A stretch of 64,000 bases of DNA from Bugula neritina (taxonomy: Eukaryota > Animalia > Bryozoa): contig OZ037770.1 in NCBI GenBank assembly GCA_964035545.1, positions 11,800,463 to 11,864,462 on the forward strand, read 5' to 3'. Within the stretch, counting starts at the first letter, position 1. Each line of letters opens with the position of its first letter. The notes below the pieces were generated by a model. That model saw only the letters and a list, made by a program, of their open reading frames with translations, searched no databases and was not told the origin of the DNA. Positions 36,665 through 49,139 of the stretch are shown here, piece after piece. The translations under genes and the position numbers were made by a program.

Positions 36665-39600
36665 TAGTCTGGCAGAACTGGGGGTTAGGTTCGCAATCTC
36701 GGATAAAGTTTTTTTCTCTTTTGATTATTTATCTTGAGGGTCCAGGTAGATGTTTCCAGGTGGGTGTGGACCTTTCACCCTTGAGCAATTCGAGAAATCC
36801 AAGATGGCCGCCAATTATGAAAAAATTGTAATCTAGTCAGCATAAAGTCTGTATTATGTTGCAAAAACAAAATTTTTTTGATGATTAAAATATATGTGCA
36901 TTTTTAGAATGAATATGTGCCATGCCAGTAAAAAGGAATCAAAGTAAAGAGCCAAGAGACATGTTTCTCAGCTCAAAAATCGGAATTGCTTCAATAAAAC
37001 ATCACATATGGTGCAGAGAAATGATACAAGGTTTTTGAATAACTATTTGGACACTGGACAGATATATAAAAAAACATTGCTTATTGCCAATGAATAGAAA
37101 GTAAAAAAGATACAGATGCAGCATATTGCTCAGCTAAAGTTAAAATTGAACATATATATAATCGTACAAATGCGACAAACTTTCACTCATGTTCATATTA
37201 AACACCTTTTTCATTTTTTGCTATCATTAGCATTTGTTAGAAAGAAATGTTAGTTCATTGCAGCACACTCCTGTTACTGCTTCACAAGGGCAGAACTCTG
37301 TGCATAGGATAGATGTACTAGAATAGCCATATCGTGTTGTTTTGCATGATTGTTGGCTTCCACAGGAGCATTTAATGAATTTGGGACATTTTACTTTATT
37401 TAGTACACATCAGCAGATTATGATCAAATATTTTGAAGTTTGCTCAAAATTCATGAAAACTTACTATATGGGGTAATGGTATTTGCTGATTCTATCTATG
37501 CATAACAAAAATGACTGAGAAGAGGTCCTGCAACATTTAAGTGCGGCGTCATTGTCATACGAGCTAAATATACATTTGTGAATCATCACGGCCTATATAA
37601 TATCCCAATGTAATAATAAATTAGGAATAAACATAGAAAATAATGCATAACTGGAAATTATTCAGTTTTATTTGTTAAAATTTTGATAGTTTGAGGCAAA
37701 AGTCTATATACAATAGCAGCTAAATCGTAAAAAATCGCCAAAAGCTAGAGTCGTCGAGTGTACACCAAATTAACTAACATGATCCATTTCATAATACTGT
37801 CTGGTGTAAGCACAACATCATTTTCTACTCCTTCTAGGAAAAGAGATTCTATTAGATTCCCTATCACCTACCAATGTTCTAGTGGGTTTAATGCCGCAGT
37901 TTCATATGGCTACCTGGAGGTGTGCTCTGGTGACATTGTCCAATAGCTTCATCTGTAGGAGGCAAAGTACATAAGTTAAAGGCACATCGCAAATAGCATT
38001 GCTGACCTTGGTTTCCCAAGCCTTTTGTCTTGTAGATGTCATGGAGGAGCACTTTGCATAATTGTAGCAACATAGCATAAACTTGGTAGCTTGTATGAAT
38101 AGTCATCCTGAAAAAAGCACTAGTGTCACCAAATCACACTTTCCTTCTACCAAGACATTTAGTATGACTCCCTTTCCAATATTTTACATTGTTGCCCCTG
38201 AGAGGCCATGGGAAGACAGCAAATTGTTTATTATAGGGCTTTATCTCGAACTTTCTCACCTAGTATACGCTGTGGTCCAGGATGAGTAGCAGTTTTGCAG
38301 GGCACCAAGTGCTATCAGAGAGTGTCATCTGATTCTATTGTCAACATCTTCATCTGAGAAGCCACATTTCAGTATGCCATCCTTCACTGTATCCATTAAC
38401 CTTTTTTTGCCCCCCCCCTCTCTTTCTCTTTCTCTGTATCTTCATCTCAGCCACCATTATAATATCTTCCTCCGTATCTCTTCTTCGCACATGTTCATAC
38501 CATTGAAGAGGTCTCCTCCTCATGTCTATTGCGATAGCTTCTATTTTGGCCTCCTCCTTTATATTATCATTTGTTACATGGTCTTCCCAATTCATATTGT
38601 AAATGTTTCGAAGCATCCTCATCTCAGTTGCACTTATCTGCTTCAATATTGACAAGAGCAACTGGGTGGCATCATTCTTTAAGTGGGTCATTGCAGAGTT
38701 CAATCTTACGTTTGACAGCTCCCTGTCCTTTGAATCAGATTGGATTCTTGATTGCATCTCATCCTTATGAGCAGTAAAAGCATCTATTTCAGACTCATCC
38801 CTGATGTCACTGCGGCCATACTGTATCTTGTTGCATGCAGAAGTGCTGTACACTCACACCTTGAGAGTTTCGGATTTAGTGGTGATGCCAATGATTCCCC
38901 CTTGCTGTGACCAAATCTTACGATGGTCACCTCAATGGTGTGGTTACCAGCCGCAAATTCAATCCTTACATCTTGTGGCATGACCTTCACGCTATGCAAA
39001 TAGTGCATTTCCTCTTCCATTGCTAGGTGTAAGGCCCAGTCTTATTCTCTAACAGCTATGATGTGGGTGTTGATGGTAAAAATTGGTCCAATAAAGCACA
39101 TGGCCCACAGTTTTGCTGTTCTTGAGCTCTCTGCAATCTTAATCAACATCTTTTCAAGCTTCTTCATGCTAGTGATTACACTTTTATCAAGACTGGCTTT
39201 AACAGTTCTCCCACCAATATTCTCAGACCTTGTACATTATGGAGAAACTTTTTCTATTTAGAATTTTGGATAAAACACCAAAAGTAGAATTAACTACTTC
39301 TACCAAATCACTTTCAGCTATTAGTGTTCCAGTGCACCCAACATAGGTCATTAAAAAGGGAGAAATTAATAGTAAACGTTAATGAAAGGGGATTGGTATG
39401 AAAAAGGTAGGGAACCACTGTTCTAATAGATGTATTACTTCCCTTAGCATGAAATACATTTTCATTCATAAAAAACTGTTTACAAATGCTTTTAGAGGAA
39501 AAGTGAAATGTGCTGATTGTAGAAATTGTTTTCGAAAGCAAAAATGTCAATATTTAGATAAATGATGTGTCAATAATGAAGCAATTAAATTATGTTAAGA

Positions 39601-40269
39601 AGCCATGGTGCTGTGTTATTAAGGTTGTTGACCCCTTTTTATAACTTTAAAAAACATAGCTAAATTTTAAAACTGAAAATAACTATTAAGTTGGCAGCTC
39701 AACAAACCTTTTCGATAGGCATGCCAGTTGGAAATAAATTGCTATTTAGCTCATATGGCAATGGCGTTGCATTTTAAGTTTGCAGAACCCCTTTCAGCTT
39801 TATTTAGTGAACATATTTGTAATCAGCATATAAAATCACACCATATAGTAAATTTTCATGAAGTTAGAACAAACTGATGCAGAGATGCAAGGAAATTATA
39901 AACACACAAGGCTAGGTTAGACTTGAAAAAGGGAATGATTGAGGCTTAGCTTAGTTACCATTGGGTATCATTTACCTATTACTCAATAATACATATAATA
40001 AAGGTACATGCATCTTTATTATATTAATTTCTAAAGATTTCAAAGCATTGGAACCTTAAATTTAGCCCCAATGGGTAGGTACATTTGAATAAGAAAAAAT
40101 CGTTTGGTGCCTGGCGGCCATCTTGAATTTCTCGAAATGCTCAAGGGTAAGAAGTCCACACCCACCTGAAAACATATACCTACACCCTATATTTGAATAA
40201 TCAGGAGAGAAAAAACTTTATCCGAGATTGCGAACCTAAGTCAAAAATTGGCATTTTTCTGCCAGACTA
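36665..40269 (-). mobile_element. Academ-superfamily DNA transposon (decayed, internally deleted)
   Basis: ~150-bp imperfect TIRs (36665-36813 / 40112-40269) starting TAGTCTGGCAGAA; 3-bp TSD TTA. Broken minus-strand transposase motifs SRTAKLW...IIAVRE*DWALHL, LPPTDEA...QVAIW and a terminal Cys cluster (KCSCGSQQSC...CTEFCPC, ~37250-37390). Confidence 0.85.
38250..38650 (-). mobile_element. 5'-truncated RTE-clade LINE fragment nested in the Academ element
   Basis: TEMRMLR...VTNDNIKEE...RPLQWYEHVRRR...RKRKRGG resembles the conserved C-terminus of RTE ORFs (EMRMLR...RLRWFGHV.R...GRP). Confidence 0.75.
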
Positions 40270-43200
40270 TTATAGAAAAGAACATCAAAAGTATCTAGTT
40301 TGTGTATATTGATTGTATTATAATTGATTTAATTAAGCACTTGACCTATACTGAAGTGATAAACATTACAAAATTAAAAGGTTGTTTAGCAATACTATTT
40401 CCAGGAGATCCTTAGAAGAACAGATATATAGTAAATTGTATGATGTTTTGCTAGAAAACAGTTTTTCCCAGTGTATAAGGAATATGAACTATTAAATAAG
40501 TTCAAGCTAGATTTTGGCTATTGCTACTACAGCATAGTGAGTCATATCACAATTTTTTAAATGTTTCCTTTCTACTTTTCCTAAAGTAAACGACAGATTT
40601 AAACTTTATCTATAATATGTCAAATATCAATAATTGTATGGCAAAGGTTGCTGACAATCTATAGTTGCATTTATTTTACCTTGATTATTTATAGCCATCT
40701 GAAAAGTTTTATAGCATTCTGATCCTTGTTATTAAAACATAATAATATGTTATATAAATATTAGTATACATTCATCATATTAACTTGAGAGCAAAAAATC
40801 TTATGTAAAAGCTCAGGCAGAATTGCATGAGAATTAGGTTAGAAAGAAAAATTAGAAAATTTGCAATTTAAATTAGACATAATCTGAAGCTCTTAGAAGC
40901 CTAGTCGATACAAAACAGAATATGGCATCTCCACCCAGTTTGTTATGAAATCTTACCAATATTATATGATCCATTTCATTTAATGATCTTCTTCAAGATA
41001 TAATCACAGTAACTGTTTGCATATCCTTCACAATTAATAAAAGTTAACTATCATTTGCAATAATAAAAAGAATATGAAATGCAGTAGGAAATAGCCCAGA
41101 AATTATATTTTTATTGTGTCACAGTCGAAATGAGTTGGTATACATTTTTTATTTTATGCTTTAAAGAAGATCAATAAAATTTTGTGATTATAAAGTACAT
41201 ACTAAAAAATTATTTGCCCAGTGCAATACCCGATTTTTATTTAATTGGTAATTACTTTTAGAAGCTGATTTACAATTGGGTGGTTAGCTAAATTGTAATT
41301 TTCTATTAAATTGTTGATTTTGCCTTTGCATCTATGTATTACTACTTCATAGTTTTGCATAACATATACTTTACGTGTCAAGTATATTTTCATTGACTGC
41401 AACCCTTAGCAAAATGCCTGAGTAAAGTGAGGAAATTGGTGCTTAACACAATGCATTGTGAAGTAAAATGTCAATAGCTTTATGTCAATCCATAATTTAC
41501 ATTTTATCCACAAGATGAATTGGCATTCCGCCTAAATATTTTGTTTAACCTTTTGTATTGATACCACATGAATTTTAAAAGTGTTGTACTACAAGTATAC
41601 AAAAAATGCCTGATGCATGACAGAAATCCTTTTAACTACCACAAAATTATGTAGCTTTTTGTTAAAAGTTGTTTATTACTTGCACAGGTTATGATTAACT
41701 GCAAGATTATGTCAAATCTGCCAAACAGTGTCTAGCCTATTGTCACCAACAAAACCACTTTTACAGTAAAAATTAATAGAAATTTTGAAATAAAATGAAT
41801 TTTTAACTTTTCTATAAGCAAAATGTTGATCAAGTTTGCATAAGTTGTTAGAAGTAAATTTAAATAGCATCATGAAAGTGTAATTTTCATAAGTTACAAC
41901 AAAGTAGGTGTAGAAGCCACAAAAGTCAATTAGCTAAAACAATCAATACTATATACCTATTTTTAATAGTTTACTAGAAACAGTTTGTAGTGATTATAGC
42001 TAACACTAATAATTAAATATTGTGGCAAGTATTGATATTTACATTTTAATCAAAAACCTAAGACATGCTGTATAGAAAAGCAATAAAAACCATACTAGCT
42101 GCTAAGTTATAAGAACAAAAAGGTTGTTTTATTTTGCACTTTTACTAATATAACAGCTTAGTTTTTCTTACAGCCCACTCACCAAGCCTATAAAAAATAC
42201 TTCAACCGAGTTTGTTGTTTTTATACAAGATGGGATGAAATTAGTTATAAGTGTCATCACCTGAAGCTATTAATTATACTAATTCCTACATTAATACTAA
42301 ATAAATCCTTCATAGAGTAGCGATTAAAATTACCAGGTTAAATTAAATTAAAAGTAAATGGGTATAGTAAACCAAGTTACAAAAACAAGTTAATGGAATT
42401 TCTTATAGTGCAGTATGTTCCTGCTATAAACTGAAAAGACGATTTGCCAGAGTTTAAAAACCGCACTTATATAGTTCAAACCTTCAGTAGTAAAAAGCAT
42501 CCAAAAAAATTGTGATTCTATGAGCTATTATCCAGAGAAAGCAAACATCTAGTGTAACCTCTTAGTTTCACCAATTTTAATATGCAAAACTTTTTATAGC
42601 AGCTGCAAAACTCGAGAAACTTCAAGTCTAATACAGTACTGTAACATTTTTACATTCAATTCTGTAGCTTTGATTAGTCGTGGGTAATGACTGATGACAA
42701 AGGAAGCAATTCTGTCAAAATACTCATCATGTCACATATTAAATACATTCAAGGTACCTGCCCTAAAACTCACGGCAGCCCCTCCTTTCACTGCATAAAC
42801 TGAGACTAATGCCGTGTATTATGACTCGGGCAGAGTTGACAGATATTGTAGAATCTTACACATAATGATTTATAGCATGTGACAAGCTAAGCAACTACAC
42901 CCAATATTTTATTATAATGATGGTAAATGCTGCCACGATACATTTCCTGCCATGTCTCTTTACGATAACTCAATCCACCTGCTTTAAATTCACTGCATAT
43001 TTTCCGCCCTTTGCTATATAGAACTTGCCTCTTCAAAGTTGTTTATCATTTTGTAGAAAAACACAAGATTAGATAAGTTCCACTGCATCTTATTGTGTAC
43101 TATCACAGTCAAAATTTAAATTTGGTGTGAAAATCGTTTGCAAGAATTCCCAGGTGAATTAATTTGTTCACAAAAAATAACTTTAGTTTTGTTCTCACAT

Positions 43201-43356
43201 TTACTGTTATGTTGAACTTTTCGCTAATGAAATTTCAACAAAATTATTCTATTGTGGTAGAGAACTTCTATTGGCATTTTTGAGGAATAGAAAATGGCCA
43301 TATCCTTGTGTTTTTGCATATCAATCTAGTAAGTATTATTGTATTTAAGAATAGAA

Positions 43357-43548
43357 GGGAGCAGCCGTGGTCTAAGGATTAAAGCATTTGGCTTAGTAAA
43401 TTGGTAATGTTAGGAAAAGCATCCAGTCATAATTGCTCCTGTGCCCCATCTGAATAAGTCCTTAGCCTGCTTTAAAAATTCCTTTCCATCAGGGGTTCTC
43501 ACGGGAATGTGGCTATAAACTTGTGTGAGTTTTTGAGTGTGAGTGAGT
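43357..43548 (+). mobile_element. tRNA-derived SINE copy with an internal deletion
   Basis: GGGAGCAGCCGTGGTCTAAGGATTAAAGC head; the body matches the reverse complement of 21590-21710; TGAG-repeat tail. Confidence 0.8.
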
Positions 43549-43730
43549 ATTTAGGAATATAATGCTGTGCTAGAGAGATAGCTGTGTCAGCAGGGATGCT
43601 GAGTGACACAGATGCCTATGTTTTGTGATAGCATGGATACTGAATGCTGGTTGCACAGATACAGGTCACAACTCAACTTTTTGTCTAATGCCAACAGTTC
43701 ATATTTCTCACAAAACTGTAACCTATAACT

Positions 43731-43995
43731 GTAAAAAAAATCTTGTTAAATTAACATTAATCAATACAGCTATTTCTGATGGAACTTTTAATAATTAATG
43801 AAGTTAAAAACAAAAGGTAGTATAATACAAGTTAGTTACAATTATTTGGGCAATAAAGCCCAGTAAAGTAAAAAAAATCTTGTTAAATTAACATTAATCA
43901 ATACAGCTATTTCTGACAGAACTTTTAATAATTCATGAAGTTAAAAACAAAAGGTAGTAGGCTATCATACAAGTTGGTTACAATTATTTGGGCAA
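43731..43995. repeat. ~137-bp tandem direct duplication
   Basis: 43731-43853 is nearly identical to 43868-43995. Confidence 0.9.
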
Positions 43996-45424
43996 CAATT
44001 ACAGTCTTAGTTGTCTGCAACTTTAAACAAAAGGAAACTTTCCTCTTTCAGTTCTTGAGCTGCACTGACTCATCAAACAAAAGCTACCAATAAAAAGCTA
44101 TTGCAAAGGCTTTCACGAAAAGCTTTCATCAAACAATATTTTACTATAAAAGCTTATACAAAAAGCTTCTGTAACAATACCTCTGACTGTTCATAGCTTT
44201 CTTTTTCAGCTTGCTGGGGTGCACATAAAAAGCTGCTAGTTCACGGGCAAAAAGATATTATAATTCATAACCTATGTCTGTTAGTTTTGCCAGGAGAAGA
44301 ATTCTATATGCATTGATATTTGTGAGTATTGATAAAGGTTTATCTTTATTCTAATGTTGCTTATTGTGTACATTTTTGTGAGCATCAATTATGATAAATT
44401 GTTTGCTTTTCCTTCACTAGCTGTTCCTGTTTCTCCATTTGTATAATTGTTTGTTCTGCAGTACCTCATGTGTATAGATTTTTAAAAAAGCTGAAGTATT
44501 TTGAGTGCAAAATACAGTTAATGAATCCAGTTGTTGCTATAGAAACTGAAGAGCATGCCTGGTACAGATCCGCAGCAAATAATTGGTCAAAAGAGTTTGT
44601 TGAAATATATTTACGTTACAAGGTTTTGTATATAAAAGACAATCATCAAAAGCCTATAAGAAATACTTCCATGTTTTTGCAAGACTTATGAAAGGTGTTT
44701 CTATTCATACAAAACTATTTTTTGTGTTAGTCAAATTGTTAAACTGCATGAAAGTAGCTTAAAAGTTGGTCTATATAATGCAATATATACACAGAACGTA
44801 CTTTATAATTTTCTAACAAAAAAAGAAATTCTTTACAAACTCAATTGAGTAACTATGACTTCTGGTAAACTACTTGAAACTGCATAATATTTTTAATTGA
44901 AATATTGTAAAGTATTTTTTGTGAACTGTTAATTTGCATTAAAACAATTGGTGATCCAATGCAATTAATTAGTGGAATACATTATACAGTCTGCATTAGT
45001 TTGATTTGAAATATATTATCATATATGTAGGATGAGCAAGGTGATAATTATAGTAATTCCATGAGCCTGAAATGCAGTGCACACCCTTGAAGTAAAGGCA
45101 CATATAATTCTTTCCTTTTAATCTCAAAGCTGGCTTCTAGCAATTGGCTCGTGACATTGGCAGGCCAGCAGACTTATTTCTGGGCTAGCCCAAAATTGTT
45201 GGTTTCCTTGGTGATGTCAACCCACAGTTTAATACCAAACTTACCACCCTGATGCATAACAAATTGTCTAATTCAGTGTCACTAACTCATGTTTATTTGA
45301 TTAGCTTGGAAACTTCACCCAAGTTTTTACTCATTTCTAAGGTATTTTTTTCAGTTATTCGAACTAATGCTAAGAATAACCTTCGATTTCAGTATATAAA
45401 ATGTTGGGTTGAGATTCCCCAGTT

Positions 45425-45645
45425 GCCCGGTTGGTGTAATGGTTAGCACACTGGCTTGCAAGTTAGAGCACTGCAGTTTAATTTATGGTGGGGCAGTTAT
45501 TTTAAGTAAAACTATTTTGAAAAATGCTCAGACCTTTAAAAACCTAAAAGCATCTGAATGGAGACCACAAGACGTACCTCAGAGCTAAACTGGCAGGAGT
45601 TAAGATTATCCAAAGATTATCTCTTAATAATCCGTTAATCAAAAA
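45425..45645 (+). mobile_element. Second tRNA-derived SINE family copy or tRNA pseudogene head
   Basis: GCCCGGTTGGTGTAATGGTTAGCACACTGGC...GGGGC has an A-box/D-arm, but the T-loop is degenerate and the anticodon loop is abnormal. Confidence 0.5.
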
Positions 45646-47459
45646 TAATTTTAGCAATTAAAATATAAAGTGTGGTTTATAGCTAGCTGGATGTAACAGA
45701 AAGGATTCTTTTCTATAAAATCATACTTAAAACATATTGCTAGAAAAACGGAACCGTATTTGTTTGTAACACAGGCTACTGTTTTATTAGCCTACTGCAG
45801 CTGCTAATAGTCATACGTCATAGAATTAAGTAGGTCACTGGCATGAAAAGAAAATGCATATTTTAAAGAACCATCATTAGAATTTATAGCAGACATTTAT
45901 GCAGACATTGTTGATAAAAATTGTTTGAAAATTTGCTTATTGTCTGGCAAAATATTTATGTGATCTACAATTGGAATGGGCTTATACTAATAACTAACAG
46001 AAATATTATAATTATTATGCTGGCTTAGTTTATATGCAGTATAAAATACTGTTAGAGTTTTAACACACAGACAGTTCTGGCATCTTAAGTGTCTCTATAT
46101 AGAAGGACAATCTAAGCAACTTGTTTTGCTATACTTGGTTCTACAAATATATGTGTTAACTATGTATGGGTTGTATGAAACCCCTTCCTTCTTACTGAAC
46201 AACTTCTCATAAACATAAATAGCTCAAGTGTGTCATAGACTTATTTCTGACAATTTTATTCAGTTTTGTGTCTGACTGCCCATAAGTGTTGAAAGCCGGT
46301 CTAAAGTTGCAAATGCAATATTTGTAACCTCAATTGATGCACTTTTCTGTCTATTTAAAACACCTTGTAGCTCACAAGGTCAACTCTATCCGACTATTTC
46401 TAGCTTAGTTATAGCCGAGTCTTGGACTATCTCTTATACCTAATTTAAAATTTGCAGCAGAGTAAAGAAATAACTTGAATAATAGCTTATGTTATATAGC
46501 TAGCGTATAAACTAGCACCCAAACCAGAGCTTGTAGTAACGGTTGAAGAACTTAGCCTATTGAAACTACTCAATTAGTGCACCTAAATATATTAATTTAG
46601 TTTGTGGCGAATTGTTTTCATCACTCAACAAAGTTTTCAACTTGTTGAGCAACATATTGTTACCTTTAGATGTGGTGGTTTTAAACAAGTCTACTGACAC
46701 AGATTTATGCTAAAAATTACCATCTAATATGCACAAACTTCTTTTACCGCCCTTCTGTTATGAATATAATGCTTCATTATGTTAATAACTTAAACATCGT
46801 AGGCATCCAGGTTATTTTGATAAAATCAATTACTGTTAGTTGAAAGATCATACTTTTTTAGTTACATTCACAAAATATATAAAAAAAATCTCAACTCAAT
46901 ATACCAGAAAAAATGAATTAAAATATATGTGTTAATAGCACTGATATTGACGTGACCGTGGCACATGAAAAATCTGAAAGAAGAGTTGTCTTCTTTTTTT
47001 CTATATTAATATATAGAGCTTGTCGTGAAAATAAAGATTTTAAAAAAAAATATTGTGACCCTCTGGTAACTTCCAGAATTTAGAAAATTGGCTCATATAT
47101 TTCCTTTCATGTGGACAACAGCTCACTTTTTTTTAAATTTATTTTGAAGCTCTTTTCGTAAAAAATATTTAAAAGTAAAAAATCCAAACTTTTTACAAAT
47201 TGGTTCGGGCTTGATGTGAAAGGCATTTAGACGAAGATGTCAAGGTCACCATTAATAAATTAATTTTATCACAATACTGCACGGAAAGTTAATGAAGTGA
47301 GCTGAAAATTAGGTTGCTAGCATATTGATATACATTATATTGATTGTTGCAGTATTATTTTTTAAATTTGTTTTATCAGTTATGTTTAACTTCTTCATAG
47401 AGCTGCTGTTAGACTAAGAGTAAGACATAATATTAGCAACAATGATAATAATATTAAAT

Positions 47460-47980
47460 TCACGAAGAAGTATCACTATCACTATGTACTTACTCTATGA
47501 GTATGACTATGACTATCAGTATCACTATGAGTGTCGTAATCGTATAAATTAATTATGAGTATGAGTATCACTATGACATTAACTCAATCAGTGATTGACT
47601 AATACTGTGAATATGACTATGCATAACTCAATGAGAATATCAATATGAAGATGGCTTCTAATTCTTGTAACTTTTGACTATGACGATGCTGATAGTGATA
47701 GTGATAATCACTGCCAGCCCAAGTCTCATACTCATAGTGATACTATTACTATTGTTTATTAGTATTAATAATTAGTATTACTATTAGTACAACTACTAGT
47801 ATTACTCATAGTTCTGTTAATGATAGTTTTAGAAGTTCTACTTCTACTTTTATAGTACGCTAGATTGTATATGTTGAACTCTACTCATTTTTTTACTACT
47901 AATGCTAATACTAATAGTAATAGTAATAATGATTATAGTTGTAATAATGATAGTAATACTAATGGTAATAATAACTATTT
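47460..47980. repeat. Degenerate hexamer/trimer array (ACTATG/ACTATC/AGTATG, TAA/TAG)
   Basis: Read directly; its first part is in inverted orientation relative to the array at 51140-51530. Confidence 0.75.
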
Positions 47981-49139
47981 AAATTTGATAATTTATGTTT
48001 TACAACAGCATTATCACTTATCAATTACATTGGTTCATAATATGCTTATTTTAATTTTGCTTTGTGTGTTTTGTCATGTTATAAAATTAAGTTCGTATGG
48101 TCATTTAATGAACTAGAGAACTAGCCAAATGTTATGTAACAGTTGCAATAATTTACTATAAACTCAGTGAAATTTAAAACCTAATTGATATTACTATGAC
48201 ATTGATTGTACAGAGGTAGCTAAAATATACATTAAATTACCAATAATTTTAACTCGCCAATACACTATGAGTAGAACAATCAAATGCAATGATAGAAAAT
48301 TAATTAGTCACAGCAGCCCGTTGCTTGAAGAACATCGAGCTACAGGTCTAAAATTATGTAGTTTTGCGATCCATTACATAACAAAATAATTTTTTTCAAA
48401 CTGGTTTAATACTTTTATTATGAACATGCTTATCAAAGTAACATGTTTGTAATGTATATTCTATTAAAAAGCAATCACATCAGGTTTTCAATTTGTATGT
48501 TGTACAATGTTTATTATGGTGACAAGTTACTAAATCATATGGTTCAGCTTTGTAAAGTAAAGCTGATAAAATAAATACAAGTATGTGATTGTTTTACTGC
48601 TATATATTAAATTTAAATAAGTTGAATAATATCCTAGTGCAGTGAATTAGATATTTTTTAGCTTTGGTACACCTGTTTGTTATAGGCTAACATTCCACCA
48701 ATAGAAGAATGGTGCAAGTAGAAGAAATTTCAGGCGCAGAAAGCTGGGGAGCAGTCAGAATGCTGCCAGAGTTGTGAAGAGGCACTTAAAAAATCTGAAT
48801 TTCAATAATGACATGACATTCGTAACATATCACCCTGGTGTATTTGAACTGACATGGCCAGCAGAGTTCTCGAAGTCACATTCAACAGCTATTTACATCA
48901 TCATGGTTAGCTTAAATTTAATTCCTTTATCAGTCTCTAATATATAGTTTGATATCTGCTGTAAATTCGCTTAAGGAGCATACACATAACCAAAACTGAG
49001 TTACACTATAGTATTTGTTCTTGAATATATTTACCAAGATAAGTAGATAATTTGCTAATTCATTAACAGTAAAATTATAATGATACAACAATTTTTCTTT
49101 TAGATGATTCAATCAATAACACAAGACACTACAACATGG

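Noticed and set aside
38350-38853. 167-aa ORF as a novel gene
   Set aside because: It is a fusion of a decayed Academ transposase fragment and an RTE LINE C-terminal fragment.
45425-45496. Functional tRNA gene
   Set aside because: The T-loop lacks GTTCRA, the anticodon loop is 6 nt and the acceptor stem pairs poorly; a SINE head or pseudogene fits better.
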